Source: Candidatus Pelagibacterales bacterium
Lineage (GTDB): Bacteria > Pseudomonadota > Alphaproteobacteria > Pelagibacterales > Pelagibacteraceae
Length of the DNA: 51,687 nt
Direction: 5' to 3'
Assembly: GCA_965235125.1 (NCBI GenBank)
Contig: CBDDXH010000001.1
Coordinates: 1 to 51,687 of the forward strand
Every line of letters starts with the position of its first letter. Within the stretch, counting starts at the first letter, position 1. Below the pieces are notes generated by a model. That model made no database searches. It was given only the letters and a program-made list of their open reading frames with translations, and was not told the origin of the DNA. Below, in pieces: positions 30,378 to 39,551 of this stretch. The position numbers and the translations under genes are program-made.

Positions 30378-30833
30378 ATGCAAGTTATACTTTTAGAAAA
30401 CATTATGAAACTTGGAAAAATTGGAGACCAAGTCGAAGTAAAAAATGGTTTTGCCAGAAATTATTTATTAAGACAAGGCAAGGCTTTAAGAGCAAGTAAA
30501 GAAAATGTTGAATATGTAAATAAAAAAAAAGTTGAATTAAATAAAAAAAATGAAGAAGCTAAGAATCAATTCGAATTAATTGCAGCAAAAATTTCAAATA
30601 AAACTTTAAAATTTAATAAGGAATCTAAAGAGAATGGAGAACTTTACGGTTCAATAAAACCTAAGGAAGTTTCTAGTGCATTTAAAACAATTTTAGATAT
30701 TGAAATTAGTCCTTCTCAAATTGACTTAAGACAAGAAATTACACAAATTGGTAAATACAAAATAAATATAAATCTTCATGCTGAAGTTTCAGTGAATGTT
30801 AACTTAAGTATTGATAAAATAGACTCAATTTAA
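30378..30833 (+). CDS. rplI: 50S ribosomal protein L9
   Basis: MQVILLE..LGKIGDQVEVKNGFARNYL, LYGSI. Confidence 0.96.
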   Translation: MQVILLENIMKLGKIGDQVEVKNGFARNYLLRQGKALRASKENVEYVNKKKVELNKKNEEAKNQFELIAAKISNKTLKFNKESKENGELYGSIKPKEVSSAFKTILDIEISPSQIDLRQEITQIGKYKININLHAEVSVNVNLSIDKIDSI

Positions 30834-30840
30834 ATCCTAT

Positions 30841-30849
30841 TTTTCCACA
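30841..30849 (+). promoter_or_regulatory. DnaA box upstream of dnaB
   Basis: TTTTCCACA is a 9/9 match to TTWTNCACA. An inverted 7/9 match (TGTGTAACT) lies at 30864-30872. Confidence 0.55.
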
Positions 30850-30913
30850 GGTAGAAAAAAAAGTGTGTAACTTTTAATTTTCTATTAATTATTCATCTAT
30901 TATTATTCAATTA

Positions 30914-32341
30914 ATGGAAAAAACAAAATTAACACTTACCTCAACAGAAGAGGTAAAATTGCCCTCAAACATAGAAGCTGAACAGTCGATTATTGGATCC
31001 ATTTTAGTTAATAACGATATTATTGATGAGATATCAAACATTGTAAATGCTGGTAAATTTTTTGATCCTATTCATAGAAAAATTTATGAGGTTATAGAAA
31101 ACTTAAATACCAAAGGGATGATAGCAAACCCTATTACCTTGAAGAACTATTTTGAAAATGACTCAGGTTTAAGTGAGGTTGGAGGAGTTGATTATTTGGT
31201 AAAATTAACTAGATTTTCTTCTTCCATAAAACAAGCAATCGATTATGCAAAAATTATTCATGAAATGTATGTTAAAAGAGAATTAATATTTATTTCTGAT
31301 GGAATTTATGATCAGGCTAAAGATGATAAAAGCGAAAAGACTGGTGAAAATATAATTGAGAATGCTGAAAAGTCCTTATTTGATTTAGCTGAAAGAGGAA
31401 ATTTTTCACAAACTTTTTTAAAATTTAATCAAGCATTAGATCAAACTATCGAAATGGCTACCTTGGCTATGAAAAGTGAGCAAGGTATTGTCGGCGTTCC
31501 AACTGGATTAACAGATTTAGATGACAAACTAGGAGGTTTACATAAATCTGATCTAATAATTATAGCTGGAAGGCCTTCTATGGGTAAAACTTCTCTTGCA
31601 ACTAATATTGCATATTATGCAGCAAAAAATATGCAGGAAAATAATGAAAAAGGTTCTGTTGCCTTTTTTTCTTTAGAGATGTCATCAGAACAGTTATCAA
31701 CTCGAATTTTGTCTGAACAAGCAAGAATTTCAGCAAGTGAAATTAGAAGAGGTAAAGCGACTGAAGAAACTTTAAATCGATACATTGAAACATCGAGAAA
31801 TATTTATGACTTACCATTATATATTGACGAAACGCCTGCTATAGCTATTTCAACTTTAAGTAATAGAGCAAGACGAATTAAAAGATTATTTGGATTAAAA
31901 TTAATTGTTGTTGATTATATTCAGTTAATGAGAACGAACACAAATAGAATGGATGGTAGAGTTCAAGAAATTTCAGAAATAACTCAGGGACTAAAAGCAC
32001 TTGCTAAAGAATTAAATATCCCTGTAGTAGCCCTGTCACAATTATCAAGAGCGGTAGAACAGAGAGATGATAAGATTCCTCAATTATCAGACCTTAGGGA
32101 ATCTGGATCAATTGAACAGGATGCGGATGTTGTAATATTCGTTTATAGAGAACAATATTATTTAGAAAAAAAAGAACCAAAACAAGGTTCTATTGAGCAC
32201 GCCGAATGGCAATCCAAAATGAGCGATATTCACGGTCTAGCAAGTCTTATCATTGGTAAACATAGACACGGATCTACGGGTACGGTTTTTGTGGAGTTTG
32301 AGGGAATGTTTACAAAATTCAAAGATTTAAATAAAAATTAA
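30914..32341 (+). CDS. dnaB: Replicative DNA helicase
   Basis: AGRPSMGKT, FFSLEMS, VVDYIQLM, LSQLSR, DLRESGSIEQDAD. Confidence 0.97.
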   Translation: MEKTKLTLTSTEEVKLPSNIEAEQSIIGSILVNNDIIDEISNIVNAGKFFDPIHRKIYEVIENLNTKGMIANPITLKNYFENDSGLSEVGGVDYLVKLTRFSSSIKQAIDYAKIIHEMYVKRELIFISDGIYDQAKDDKSEKTGENIIENAEKSLFDLAERGNFSQTFLKFNQALDQTIEMATLAMKSEQGIVGVPTGLTDLDDKLGGLHKSDLIIIAGRPSMGKTSLATNIAYYAAKNMQENNEKGSVAFFSLEMSSEQLSTRILSEQARISASEIRRGKATEETLNRYIETSRNIYDLPLYIDETPAIAISTLSNRARRIKRLFGLKLIVVDYIQLMRTNTNRMDGRVQEISEITQGLKALAKELNIPVVALSQLSRAVEQRDDKIPQLSDLRESGSIEQDADVVIFVYREQYYLEKKEPKQGSIEHAEWQSKMSDIHGLASLIIGKHRHGSTGTVFVEFEGMFTKFKDLNKN

Positions 32342-32350
32342 TTCTTTAGT

Positions 32351-32375
32351 TATCTAAAATTTTAGATATATCTAA
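32351..32375. repeat. Two overlapping perfect palindromes upstream of the MMPL gene
   Basis: TATCTAAAATTTTAGATA (32351-68) and TTAGATATATCTAA (32362-75). Confidence 0.8.
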
Positions 32376-32383
32376 GTTTATCT

Positions 32384-34846
32384 ATGTTTGGAAAAGTTTA
32401 TAAAGCAATAATTACTGATTATGCAAAAATTTCTATTACCATCATTTGCTTAGTACTTGCGTATTTTCTCTATTTTTCTAAAGATTTTAAATTAGATGCA
32501 TCCTCGGACTCTTTGCTTCTTGAGAGCGATAAAGACTTAAAATATTTAAGAGAAGTTAACGAAAGATACGGATCAAAGGACTATTTAGTCTTAACATATA
32601 CACCGATAGCAAGTTTTATAGACGAAGAGACAATAATTAATCTTCAATTTTTTAAATCAAAAATAGAAAAATTAGAATGGGTAGATAGTGTCATAACTAT
32701 AATTGATGTTCCGCTTTTAAAAAATAGCAATGCACCTTTGATGGAAAGGTTAAAAAACTACAAAACTTTATCCTATCCTGAAATAGATAAAAAAAGAGGA
32801 TTTAATGAAATAATTAATAGTCCTATTTATAAAGACTACGTTATTAGTGCTGATGGCAAGACTTCGGGAATAGTTGTTTATCTCAAACAAGATAAAAAAT
32901 TAAACGAATTTATTAAAATTAAAAATAACTTTTTTAATCTAGATTTAGAAGGCAATTTAGATAAATCTCAAAAAAAAGAGCGAGCTATTTTTAATAGTGA
33001 ATATGATTCTTATAAAAATATTTATAATCAAAAAAACCATCAAAATATAAATGAAATTAGAGAAGTTATAAAAAAATATAATGTAAATGCTGAGGTTTTT
33101 TTAGGTGGTTTACCCATGATCACCGACGATATGATGTCATTTGTTCAAAATGACATTGTGGTTTTTGGTATTGGGGTTTTCATATTTATCGTAATTACCT
33201 TATGGCTAATTTTTAAAAAAATTAAATGGGTAGTAATTCCTTTACTTGGTTGTGCGTTTTCTGTTGGAGCCATGATAGGTATGGTGGGTTTATTAGGATG
33301 GAAAGTTACCGTTATCTCCTCAAACTTTATTGCAATTATGCTAATTCTCAATATGGCGATGAATATTCATATCACAGTCAGGTTTTTGCAAATAAAAAAA
33401 GAGTTTGAAGGCATAGATATTAGAGATGCTGTTTATGAAGCGAGTAGTAAAATGTTTATGCCAATTCTTTATACTGTCTTAACTACAATATGCGCTTTTT
33501 TATCATTAATATTTAGTGGAATTAAACCAATTATTGATTTTGGTTGGATGATGACCTTGGGTCTTACTATTTCAACTATAATTACACTTACGCTAATTCC
33601 TGCTCTACTTAATGAGTTTAGTAATTCTGAAGATTCAATTGATCAGCATGAAGAAAAATCTAAAATTACTAGCGCACTAAGTAATTTTTCAAAAGGAAAT
33701 ACTTCTTTAATATTTGGTACGACTTTAATAATTATTTTTTTAAGCATCATAGGAATATTCAAGTTGGAAGTAGAAAATAGTTTTATTAATTATTTTGATA
33801 AAAAAACTGAAATTTATAAAGGAATGAAAAAAATTGATGATCAGTTGGGGGGTACCACTCCACTTGATATTATTTTAAAATTTCCAGTAAAAGAAGAAAA
33901 GAAAGAAAAAGATGATGAATTTTCTGAGTGGGATAAAGATACTAAAGATAAAGATGAAACATATAAATATTGGTTTACAAGAGATAAAATTGATAAAATT
34001 TTGAAAGTTCATGATTATTTAGACTCTCTTCCGGAAATAGGTAAGGTTATTTCATTTGGAAGTATTATTAGAGTTGCGGAGGATTTAATTGGTAATAAAT
34101 TAGAGACTTTAGAAACTGGTATACTTTACAGTAAATTTCCTGAAGAGATTAAAAAAGAAATAATATCTCCCTATATTTCTATAAAAGACAATGAAGCAAG
34201 AATTAGTGTAAGAATAAAAGACTCTTTAGAAGATTTAAGAAGAAATGAATTAATTAAAAAAATTAATTCTGAATTAAAAACAAAAGTTGGCTTGGATGAA
34301 GAAGAATATAAACTTTCCGGTGTATTAATTTTATTTAATAACTTGCTACAAAGTCTTTTTAAATCTCAAATTTTATCCTTAGGTGTGACAATGATAGGGA
34401 TTTTATTAATGTTTTTAGTTCTTTTTAGAAATTTGACTTTATCTTTAATTGGAGTTGTTCCAAATTTTATAGCTGCTTTTTTTATTTTAGGAATTATTGG
34501 TCTTTTTGGAATTCCATTAGATATGATGACTATTACGATTGCGTCAATTACTATTGGTATAGCCGTTGATAATAGCATTCATTATATCTACCGGTTCAAA
34601 GAAGAATTTGAAAAAATAAAAAATTATAACGATACAGTTAGCAAATGTCATAATACTATTGGTATTTCTATACTTAACACCACTGTCACAATAATTTTTG
34701 GTTTTTCTATTTTATTTTTATCTAACTTTATCCCAACAATATATTTTGGAGTATTAACGGGTGTTGCGATGTTACTTGCTTTAATATCTGTATTAACTCT
34801 TTTGCCTAAACTCATACTAGTTTTAAAACCTTTTGGTAATGAATAA
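32384..34846 (+). CDS. MMPL/RND superfamily transporter
   Basis: 820 aa with two repeats of 1 TM, large periplasmic domain, 5 TM. Motifs GGLPMITDDM, IIDFGWMM, GGTTPLDI, IGIAVDNSIHY, SNFIPTIYFG. Confidence 0.88.
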   Translation: MFGKVYKAIITDYAKISITIICLVLAYFLYFSKDFKLDASSDSLLLESDKDLKYLREVNERYGSKDYLVLTYTPIASFIDEETIINLQFFKSKIEKLEWVDSVITIIDVPLLKNSNAPLMERLKNYKTLSYPEIDKKRGFNEIINSPIYKDYVISADGKTSGIVVYLKQDKKLNEFIKIKNNFFNLDLEGNLDKSQKKERAIFNSEYDSYKNIYNQKNHQNINEIREVIKKYNVNAEVFLGGLPMITDDMMSFVQNDIVVFGIGVFIFIVITLWLIFKKIKWVVIPLLGCAFSVGAMIGMVGLLGWKVTVISSNFIAIMLILNMAMNIHITVRFLQIKKEFEGIDIRDAVYEASSKMFMPILYTVLTTICAFLSLIFSGIKPIIDFGWMMTLGLTISTIITLTLIPALLNEFSNSEDSIDQHEEKSKITSALSNFSKGNTSLIFGTTLIIIFLSIIGIFKLEVENSFINYFDKKTEIYKGMKKIDDQLGGTTPLDIILKFPVKEEKKEKDDEFSEWDKDTKDKDETYKYWFTRDKIDKILKVHDYLDSLPEIGKVISFGSIIRVAEDLIGNKLETLETGILYSKFPEEIKKEIISPYISIKDNEARISVRIKDSLEDLRRNELIKKINSELKTKVGLDEEEYKLSGVLILFNNLLQSLFKSQILSLGVTMIGILLMFLVLFRNLTLSLIGVVPNFIAAFFILGIIGLFGIPLDMMTITIASITIGIAVDNSIHYIYRFKEEFEKIKNYNDTVSKCHNTIGISILNTTVTIIFGFSILFLSNFIPTIYFGVLTGVAMLLALISVLTLLPKLILVLKPFGNE

Positions 34847-35384
34847 TTTTATAGAATTTTTAAAAAATGATGTTTTTTTATTTGATATAGTTTTTGTAAT
34901 AATTATTTTATTCAATACAATAAAGTGCTTCTCTCAAGGGTTTTCCTTAAGTTTCTTATCTGCTCTCAAATGGATAATTTCTATAATAGCCACAATTATA
35001 CTCGTACCTCAATTACAACCTTGGGTAAGTAATTATATTGAATCAGATTTTATAAATAGTGTTGGTATAAGTGTTCTTGTTTTTATTGTTTCGTTATTTA
35101 TCTGCATTGTTTTGAGTAAATCAATTGGCACCGCTGTAAAGTGGACTGGTTTTGGATCGGTGGATAAGTCTTTCGGAATACTTTTTGGTTTGTTTCAAGG
35201 ATATGTAGTTGCTGTTTGTTTTTTTTCTATTTTAAATTGGTTTTATTCATATGAAAAATGGAATATATCTACGGAAAGCACTTTTTCTTTTAATATTGTT
35301 AAAAAAGGAAGTGATTTACTTATTGAAGAATTCCCAAATTTTAAAGACATAATTGATGCAAAAGAAAAAATTGAAAAAATTTAG
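34839..35384 (+). CDS. cvpA: CvpA family membrane protein
   Basis: Four TM segments, DKSFGILFGLFQG motif, directly upstream of purF. Likely start is ATG 34839. Confidence 0.88.
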   Translation: MNNFIEFLKNDVFLFDIVFVIIILFNTIKCFSQGFSLSFLSALKWIISIIATIILVPQLQPWVSNYIESDFINSVGISVLVFIVSLFICIVLSKSIGTAVKWTGFGSVDKSFGILFGLFQGYVVAVCFFSILNWFYSYEKWNISTESTFSFNIVKKGSDLLIEEFPNFKDIIDAKEKIEKI

Positions 35385-36822
35385 ATTAGATAAACCTAGA
35401 GAAGAATGTGGAGTTTTCGGTGTCTCTGAGTGTGAAGAGGCTTCTTCTTTAGTTGCTCTTGGTTTGCATGCTCTACAACATAGAGGTCAAGAAGGTTGCG
35501 GAATTGTCTCCTTCGATGGTAAAAATTTTCATTCAGAAAAGAGACAAGGCCTAATTGGAGATCATTTTACTAATCCAGAAGTTATAAAAAAACTCCCAGG
35601 TAAATCAGCTGTAGGACATAATAGATATTCAACAACTGGTGAAGTTTCTCTTAGAAATATTCAGCCTTTTTTTGCTGATCTTTACGGTGGAGGTATAAGT
35701 TTGGCGCACAATGGAAATTTAACAAATGCCCTAGAACTAAGAGATGCTCTCGTTAAAGATGGAGCAATTTTTAGAACGACTAGCGATACGGAGATAATAG
35801 TTCAATTAATTGCAAAATCGCAAAGAGCAAAAATGATTGATAAAATTATTGATACTCTTTTTCAAATACAAGGCGGTTATGCTTTGGTTATGATCACAAA
35901 TAAAAAAATGATTGGATTAAGAGATCCTTTTGGTATCAGGCCGTTAGTTTTAGGTAAATTAGGTAAATCTTATATTTTTGCTTCTGAAACTTGTGCCTTA
36001 GATATTATAGGTGCTAAGTTTGTGAGAGAAGTTGAAAATGGTGAAATCATAGTTATTGAAAATGGCGAATTAAATAGCATTAAACCTTTTCCATTAATGA
36101 AAGCTAGGCCTTGCGCATTTGAATACATTTATTTTGCTAGGCCAGACAGTTTACTTAATGGGGAATGCGCTTACGAATACAGAAAAAAAATGGGAGAAGA
36201 ACTTGCAAAAGAAACAGATTTAGAAGCTGATTTTGTGGTCCCTGTACCAGACTCAGGAGTGCCGGCTGCGCTTGGTTTTAGTCAATATACCAAAAAAAGA
36301 TTTGAATTAGGATTAATAAGAAATCACTATGTAGGCAGAACCTTCATTGAACCAACACAAAGTATTAGAAGTTTTGGGGTCAAACTAAAATTAAACCCAA
36401 CGCAAACTCTAGTTAAAAACAAATCAATTATACTAGTCGATGACTCGTTGGTTAGAGGAACTACTTGTCATAAGATAGTCAAAATGCTTTATGATTCAGG
36501 AGCTAAAGAAGTGCATGTAAGAATTGCTTGCCCAGAAATACTTTTTCCAGATTTTTACGGTGTTGATATGCCAACAAAAAAAGAATTACTAGCTAGCAAT
36601 AAAACAAATGAAGAAATGTGTAAGTATATTAACGCTAAGTCATTAAAATTTTTAAGTTTATCAGGCTTGTATAGGGCGCTAGGATTTAAAGAGAGAAATA
36701 AATTATATCCTCAATTAAGTGATCACTATTTTACGGGCGAGTATCCTATAAAACCTTCAAATTTACTAGGCGAAGGAAAGATTACACAACTTTCGTTATT
36801 AAGCGGAAAATCAAATAATTAA
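35353..36822 (+). CDS. purF: Amidophosphoribosyltransferase (propeptide type)
   Basis: EECGVFG, LQHRGQE, GHNRYST, HNGNL, VDDSLVRGTT. Exact start uncertain (35353, 35356 or 35371). Confidence 0.96.
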   Translation: MMQKKKLKKFRLDKPREECGVFGVSECEEASSLVALGLHALQHRGQEGCGIVSFDGKNFHSEKRQGLIGDHFTNPEVIKKLPGKSAVGHNRYSTTGEVSLRNIQPFFADLYGGGISLAHNGNLTNALELRDALVKDGAIFRTTSDTEIIVQLIAKSQRAKMIDKIIDTLFQIQGGYALVMITNKKMIGLRDPFGIRPLVLGKLGKSYIFASETCALDIIGAKFVREVENGEIIVIENGELNSIKPFPLMKARPCAFEYIYFARPDSLLNGECAYEYRKKMGEELAKETDLEADFVVPVPDSGVPAALGFSQYTKKRFELGLIRNHYVGRTFIEPTQSIRSFGVKLKLNPTQTLVKNKSIILVDDSLVRGTTCHKIVKMLYDSGAKEVHVRIACPEILFPDFYGVDMPTKKELLASNKTNEEMCKYINAKSLKFLSLSGLYRALGFKERNKLYPQLSDHYFTGEYPIKPSNLLGEGKITQLSLLSGKSNN

Positions 36823-38183
36823 TTAAATTTTAATAATTTATTATCGTTATCTAAAAATAACATATTATTGTCTAAAAAAACTATTTCAGAACTTATTCCA
36901 TTTTTACTAATTTCGTTGAAAAAAGTTAGAGCTCCATTGCTAGGATTAAAAGTAAATAAATATCCATTTTTTGAATATATATAAATTTCACTATTAACTA
37001 TTTTAAAATCTGAAATTAAACCAAATTTATTTTTTATTTTTTTATCTTTCAGATTAGTAAAAATATTTTTAGACCAAATAACTTTACCACTAGCATTCTC
37101 CAGGCAAACTAAAAGATCATTTTTTAAAATAACATAAATATAATTAGAAGTTATTATTGGCTTAAAAATGGACTCAGAAGAAAACATCCAATTCCTTGAA
37201 GCTGTTACAGTATCATAATTTAATAAAAATTTTTCTGTACTTACAGTTAGATTATTATTTTTAATAACAATTGGATGACTTAGAAATAATTCTGTGTCTC
37301 CAGCTAAAGAAGAATTTTTGAAGTTTAATACCCAATTAATTTTTTGTGATTCAAAATTTATAGAATAAAGTTCACCACTAGTATTTAAAAAAATTAAATT
37401 GCTATTAATTAAGTCCAATGCAAAATTATTGACAAAATCGGACTTTAAAAATGTAAGACTAGTTTGAAATTGCCAATTTTTTTCCCCTGTATTTGCATTA
37501 ATAGCGTAAATAACGTTATCTTGATTTGCTAAAAAAATTTCATTATTTATAAATTTTAAATTAGATCTAAAAGGTATTCCATAATTTTTAGCCCAAATAA
37601 TAGATTTATTATCTAAATTAATTGCATATAAATAACCAAGATTATCGGATACATATAAAAAATTATCGTTAACAATAAAATTAAGTTCTTTATTAATATT
37701 TTCAAAATTTTTTTTATAAAAGTTATATTCAAATATTTTCTTATTTAAGCTCAATGAAAAAATGAAAATTGTTCCTTTTTGATCGTGGGAAATTAAATTA
37801 TTATCATAAAAGATAATATTTCTATTTTTACTTGAAGAAACGCTACTTAATTTAGGACTTTTATATAACAATCTTTTATTACCGCTATAAGAAATATTTG
37901 AAATATTATTTGTTGGTATAGCAAATTGTTCAAGCCAATATGATATCTTTATAGGATTATCGATTTCAAAATTGGATAAATTGACAGCATCTTTTTCTTC
38001 ATTATAAATTATATTTTTAGTTGAAACATTCTCATATATTATCCCTGGTAGGTTTTTTGAAATTGATTTTGATTGTTTATTATCTACTGAAATATCTGAA
38101 GCGTCTTTCCATATTCCTGTTTTATTATCAAATGAGCAAGAGCTAAAGATTAATACCGCTAAAACTGGCAATAATTTTTTCAT
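36819..38183 (-). CDS. PQQ-like beta-propeller lipoprotein (BamB-like)
   Basis: Lipobox-like IFSSC, repeated YAIN..TG...W blades; downstream of a YfgM-like gene. Confidence 0.75.
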   Translation of the reverse strand: MKKLLPVLAVLIFSSCSFDNKTGIWKDASDISVDNKQSKSISKNLPGIIYENVSTKNIIYNEEKDAVNLSNFEIDNPIKISYWLEQFAIPTNNISNISYSGNKRLLYKSPKLSSVSSSKNRNIIFYDNNLISHDQKGTIFIFSLSLNKKIFEYNFYKKNFENINKELNFIVNDNFLYVSDNLGYLYAINLDNKSIIWAKNYGIPFRSNLKFINNEIFLANQDNVIYAINANTGEKNWQFQTSLTFLKSDFVNNFALDLINSNLIFLNTSGELYSINFESQKINWVLNFKNSSLAGDTELFLSHPIVIKNNNLTVSTEKFLLNYDTVTASRNWMFSSESIFKPIITSNYIYVILKNDLLVCLENASGKVIWSKNIFTNLKDKKIKNKFGLISDFKIVNSEIYIYSKNGYLFTFNPSNGALTFFNEISKNGISSEIVFLDNNMLFLDNDNKLLKFN

Positions 38184-38195
38184 TATTAATTATTC

Positions 38196-38771
38196 TTAAA
38201 AATTTTTATTTAATAATTGAAGATATTCTTTGGCTTTTGCTTTTTGATCTTTAGATAAAAAATAATCTGATATTAGATTAATTGCCATATTTCTCCAAAC
38301 TGAGTCAGAATTAATTATTGGGTTTAATGTTTTTATTATTGCTTCTTCTTCTCCCAATTTAAATAAAAATATAGTTTTTTTTATTTTAATTAAATTTATA
38401 TTTTCTTTATCAATAGAACTTATTAATAAAATTCTATCAAAAAAACTAACTATTTTTAAAGAATCTTTCTCTAAGTTATTATCAATAATAAAATATAACG
38501 CTAAAGGTGAATAAAACCTATGACCTTTCTGTATAATATTTTCTAATAATTGTTTTGCTTCATCTGATTTATTTTCTTTAAATTTTATAGTGGCTTGCGT
38601 ATAATTTTCTGCAATTTTAATTTCATTTTTTTTTTGTAAATCTTTATAAATGAAAGCACTAAATAATACTAAAATTAAAAAAATTAATAATATAATTAAA
38701 TTTTTAAAATTTTTCTTAATAAAATTAGAGATTTTACTTTGAAAACTATTATTTAATATTTCTTCAGACAT
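38196..38771 (-). CDS. YfgM-like membrane-anchored TPR protein
   Basis: N-terminal TM followed by helical repeats (YSPLALY, SVWR..A...DY); typical slot upstream of bamB. Confidence 0.65.
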   Translation of the reverse strand: MSEEILNNSFQSKISNFIKKNFKNLIILLIFLILVLFSAFIYKDLQKKNEIKIAENYTQATIKFKENKSDEAKQLLENIIQKGHRFYSPLALYFIIDNNLEKDSLKIVSFFDRILLISSIDKENINLIKIKKTIFLFKLGEEEAIIKTLNPIINSDSVWRNMAINLISDYFLSKDQKAKAKEYLQLLNKNF

Positions 38772-38774
38772 AGT

Positions 38775-39548
38775 TTAGAATTCGTTTTGTTTGCTCGGAA
38801 ATTTCTTAGTTAATACTGTTTTATGGTAATTTTGAACTCCTTTTTGAATTACATTATTTAAACTTACAAATTTTTTAACAAATCTTGGGTAAAAACCGCT
38901 CAGTCCTAGCATATCATCGGTAACTAAAATTTGCCCATCACAATGTATGGATGCTCCTATTCCTATTGTTGGAATTTTCACAGATCTTGTGATTTCTTTA
39001 GCTACATCAGATGTGACACACTCGATTACAATACTAAATACTCCAGCTTTTTCATTCTCTTTTGCTTGTTTAATTAATTTATTTCTATCCTTTTCCATTA
39101 AACCTTGAACTTTAAATTTTTTAAAATATTGAGGAGTAAAACCTATATGACCCATTACTGGAATGCCTATCTTAACCACGCTTTGTATAATTCTGAAATT
39201 TTTTCCATTATATTCCATTTTAACTGCGTCGCATTTTGTTTTTTTAACAATTAATTTTGCATTTTTTTTTGCTTCTTTTACACTTCGGTATGTGTTGATT
39301 GGCATATCTACAACACACAATGCTTTTTTTAGATTAGACTTTACGCTAATGCCATGTTGTATCATCGTTTCAATAGTAACTTGGTGAGTGTTGTTCATGC
39401 CATACATGGCTGTTGCTAAAGAGTCTCCTACTAAGACAATATCACAATATTTATCCAAAATTTTTGCTATTGGCTTAGAATAAGCAGTAAGACACACTAA
39501 AGGTCTTTTGTTTTTTTTTTCTATAATTTTTAAAATTTTTTTTTTCAT
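38775..39548 (-). CDS. panB: 3-methyl-2-oxobutanoate hydroxymethyltransferase
   Basis: CLTAY, LVGDSL, VDMP, MGHIGFTPQ, IPTIGIGA, DGQILVTDD. Confidence 0.95.
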   Translation of the reverse strand: MKKKILKIIEKKNKRPLVCLTAYSKPIAKILDKYCDIVLVGDSLATAMYGMNNTHQVTIETMIQHGISVKSNLKKALCVVDMPINTYRSVKEAKKNAKLIVKKTKCDAVKMEYNGKNFRIIQSVVKIGIPVMGHIGFTPQYFKKFKVQGLMEKDRNKLIKQAKENEKAGVFSIVIECVTSDVAKEITRSVKIPTIGIGASIHCDGQILVTDDMLGLSGFYPRFVKKFVSLNNVIQKGVQNYHKTVLTKKFPSKQNEF

Positions 39549-39551
39549 TAA

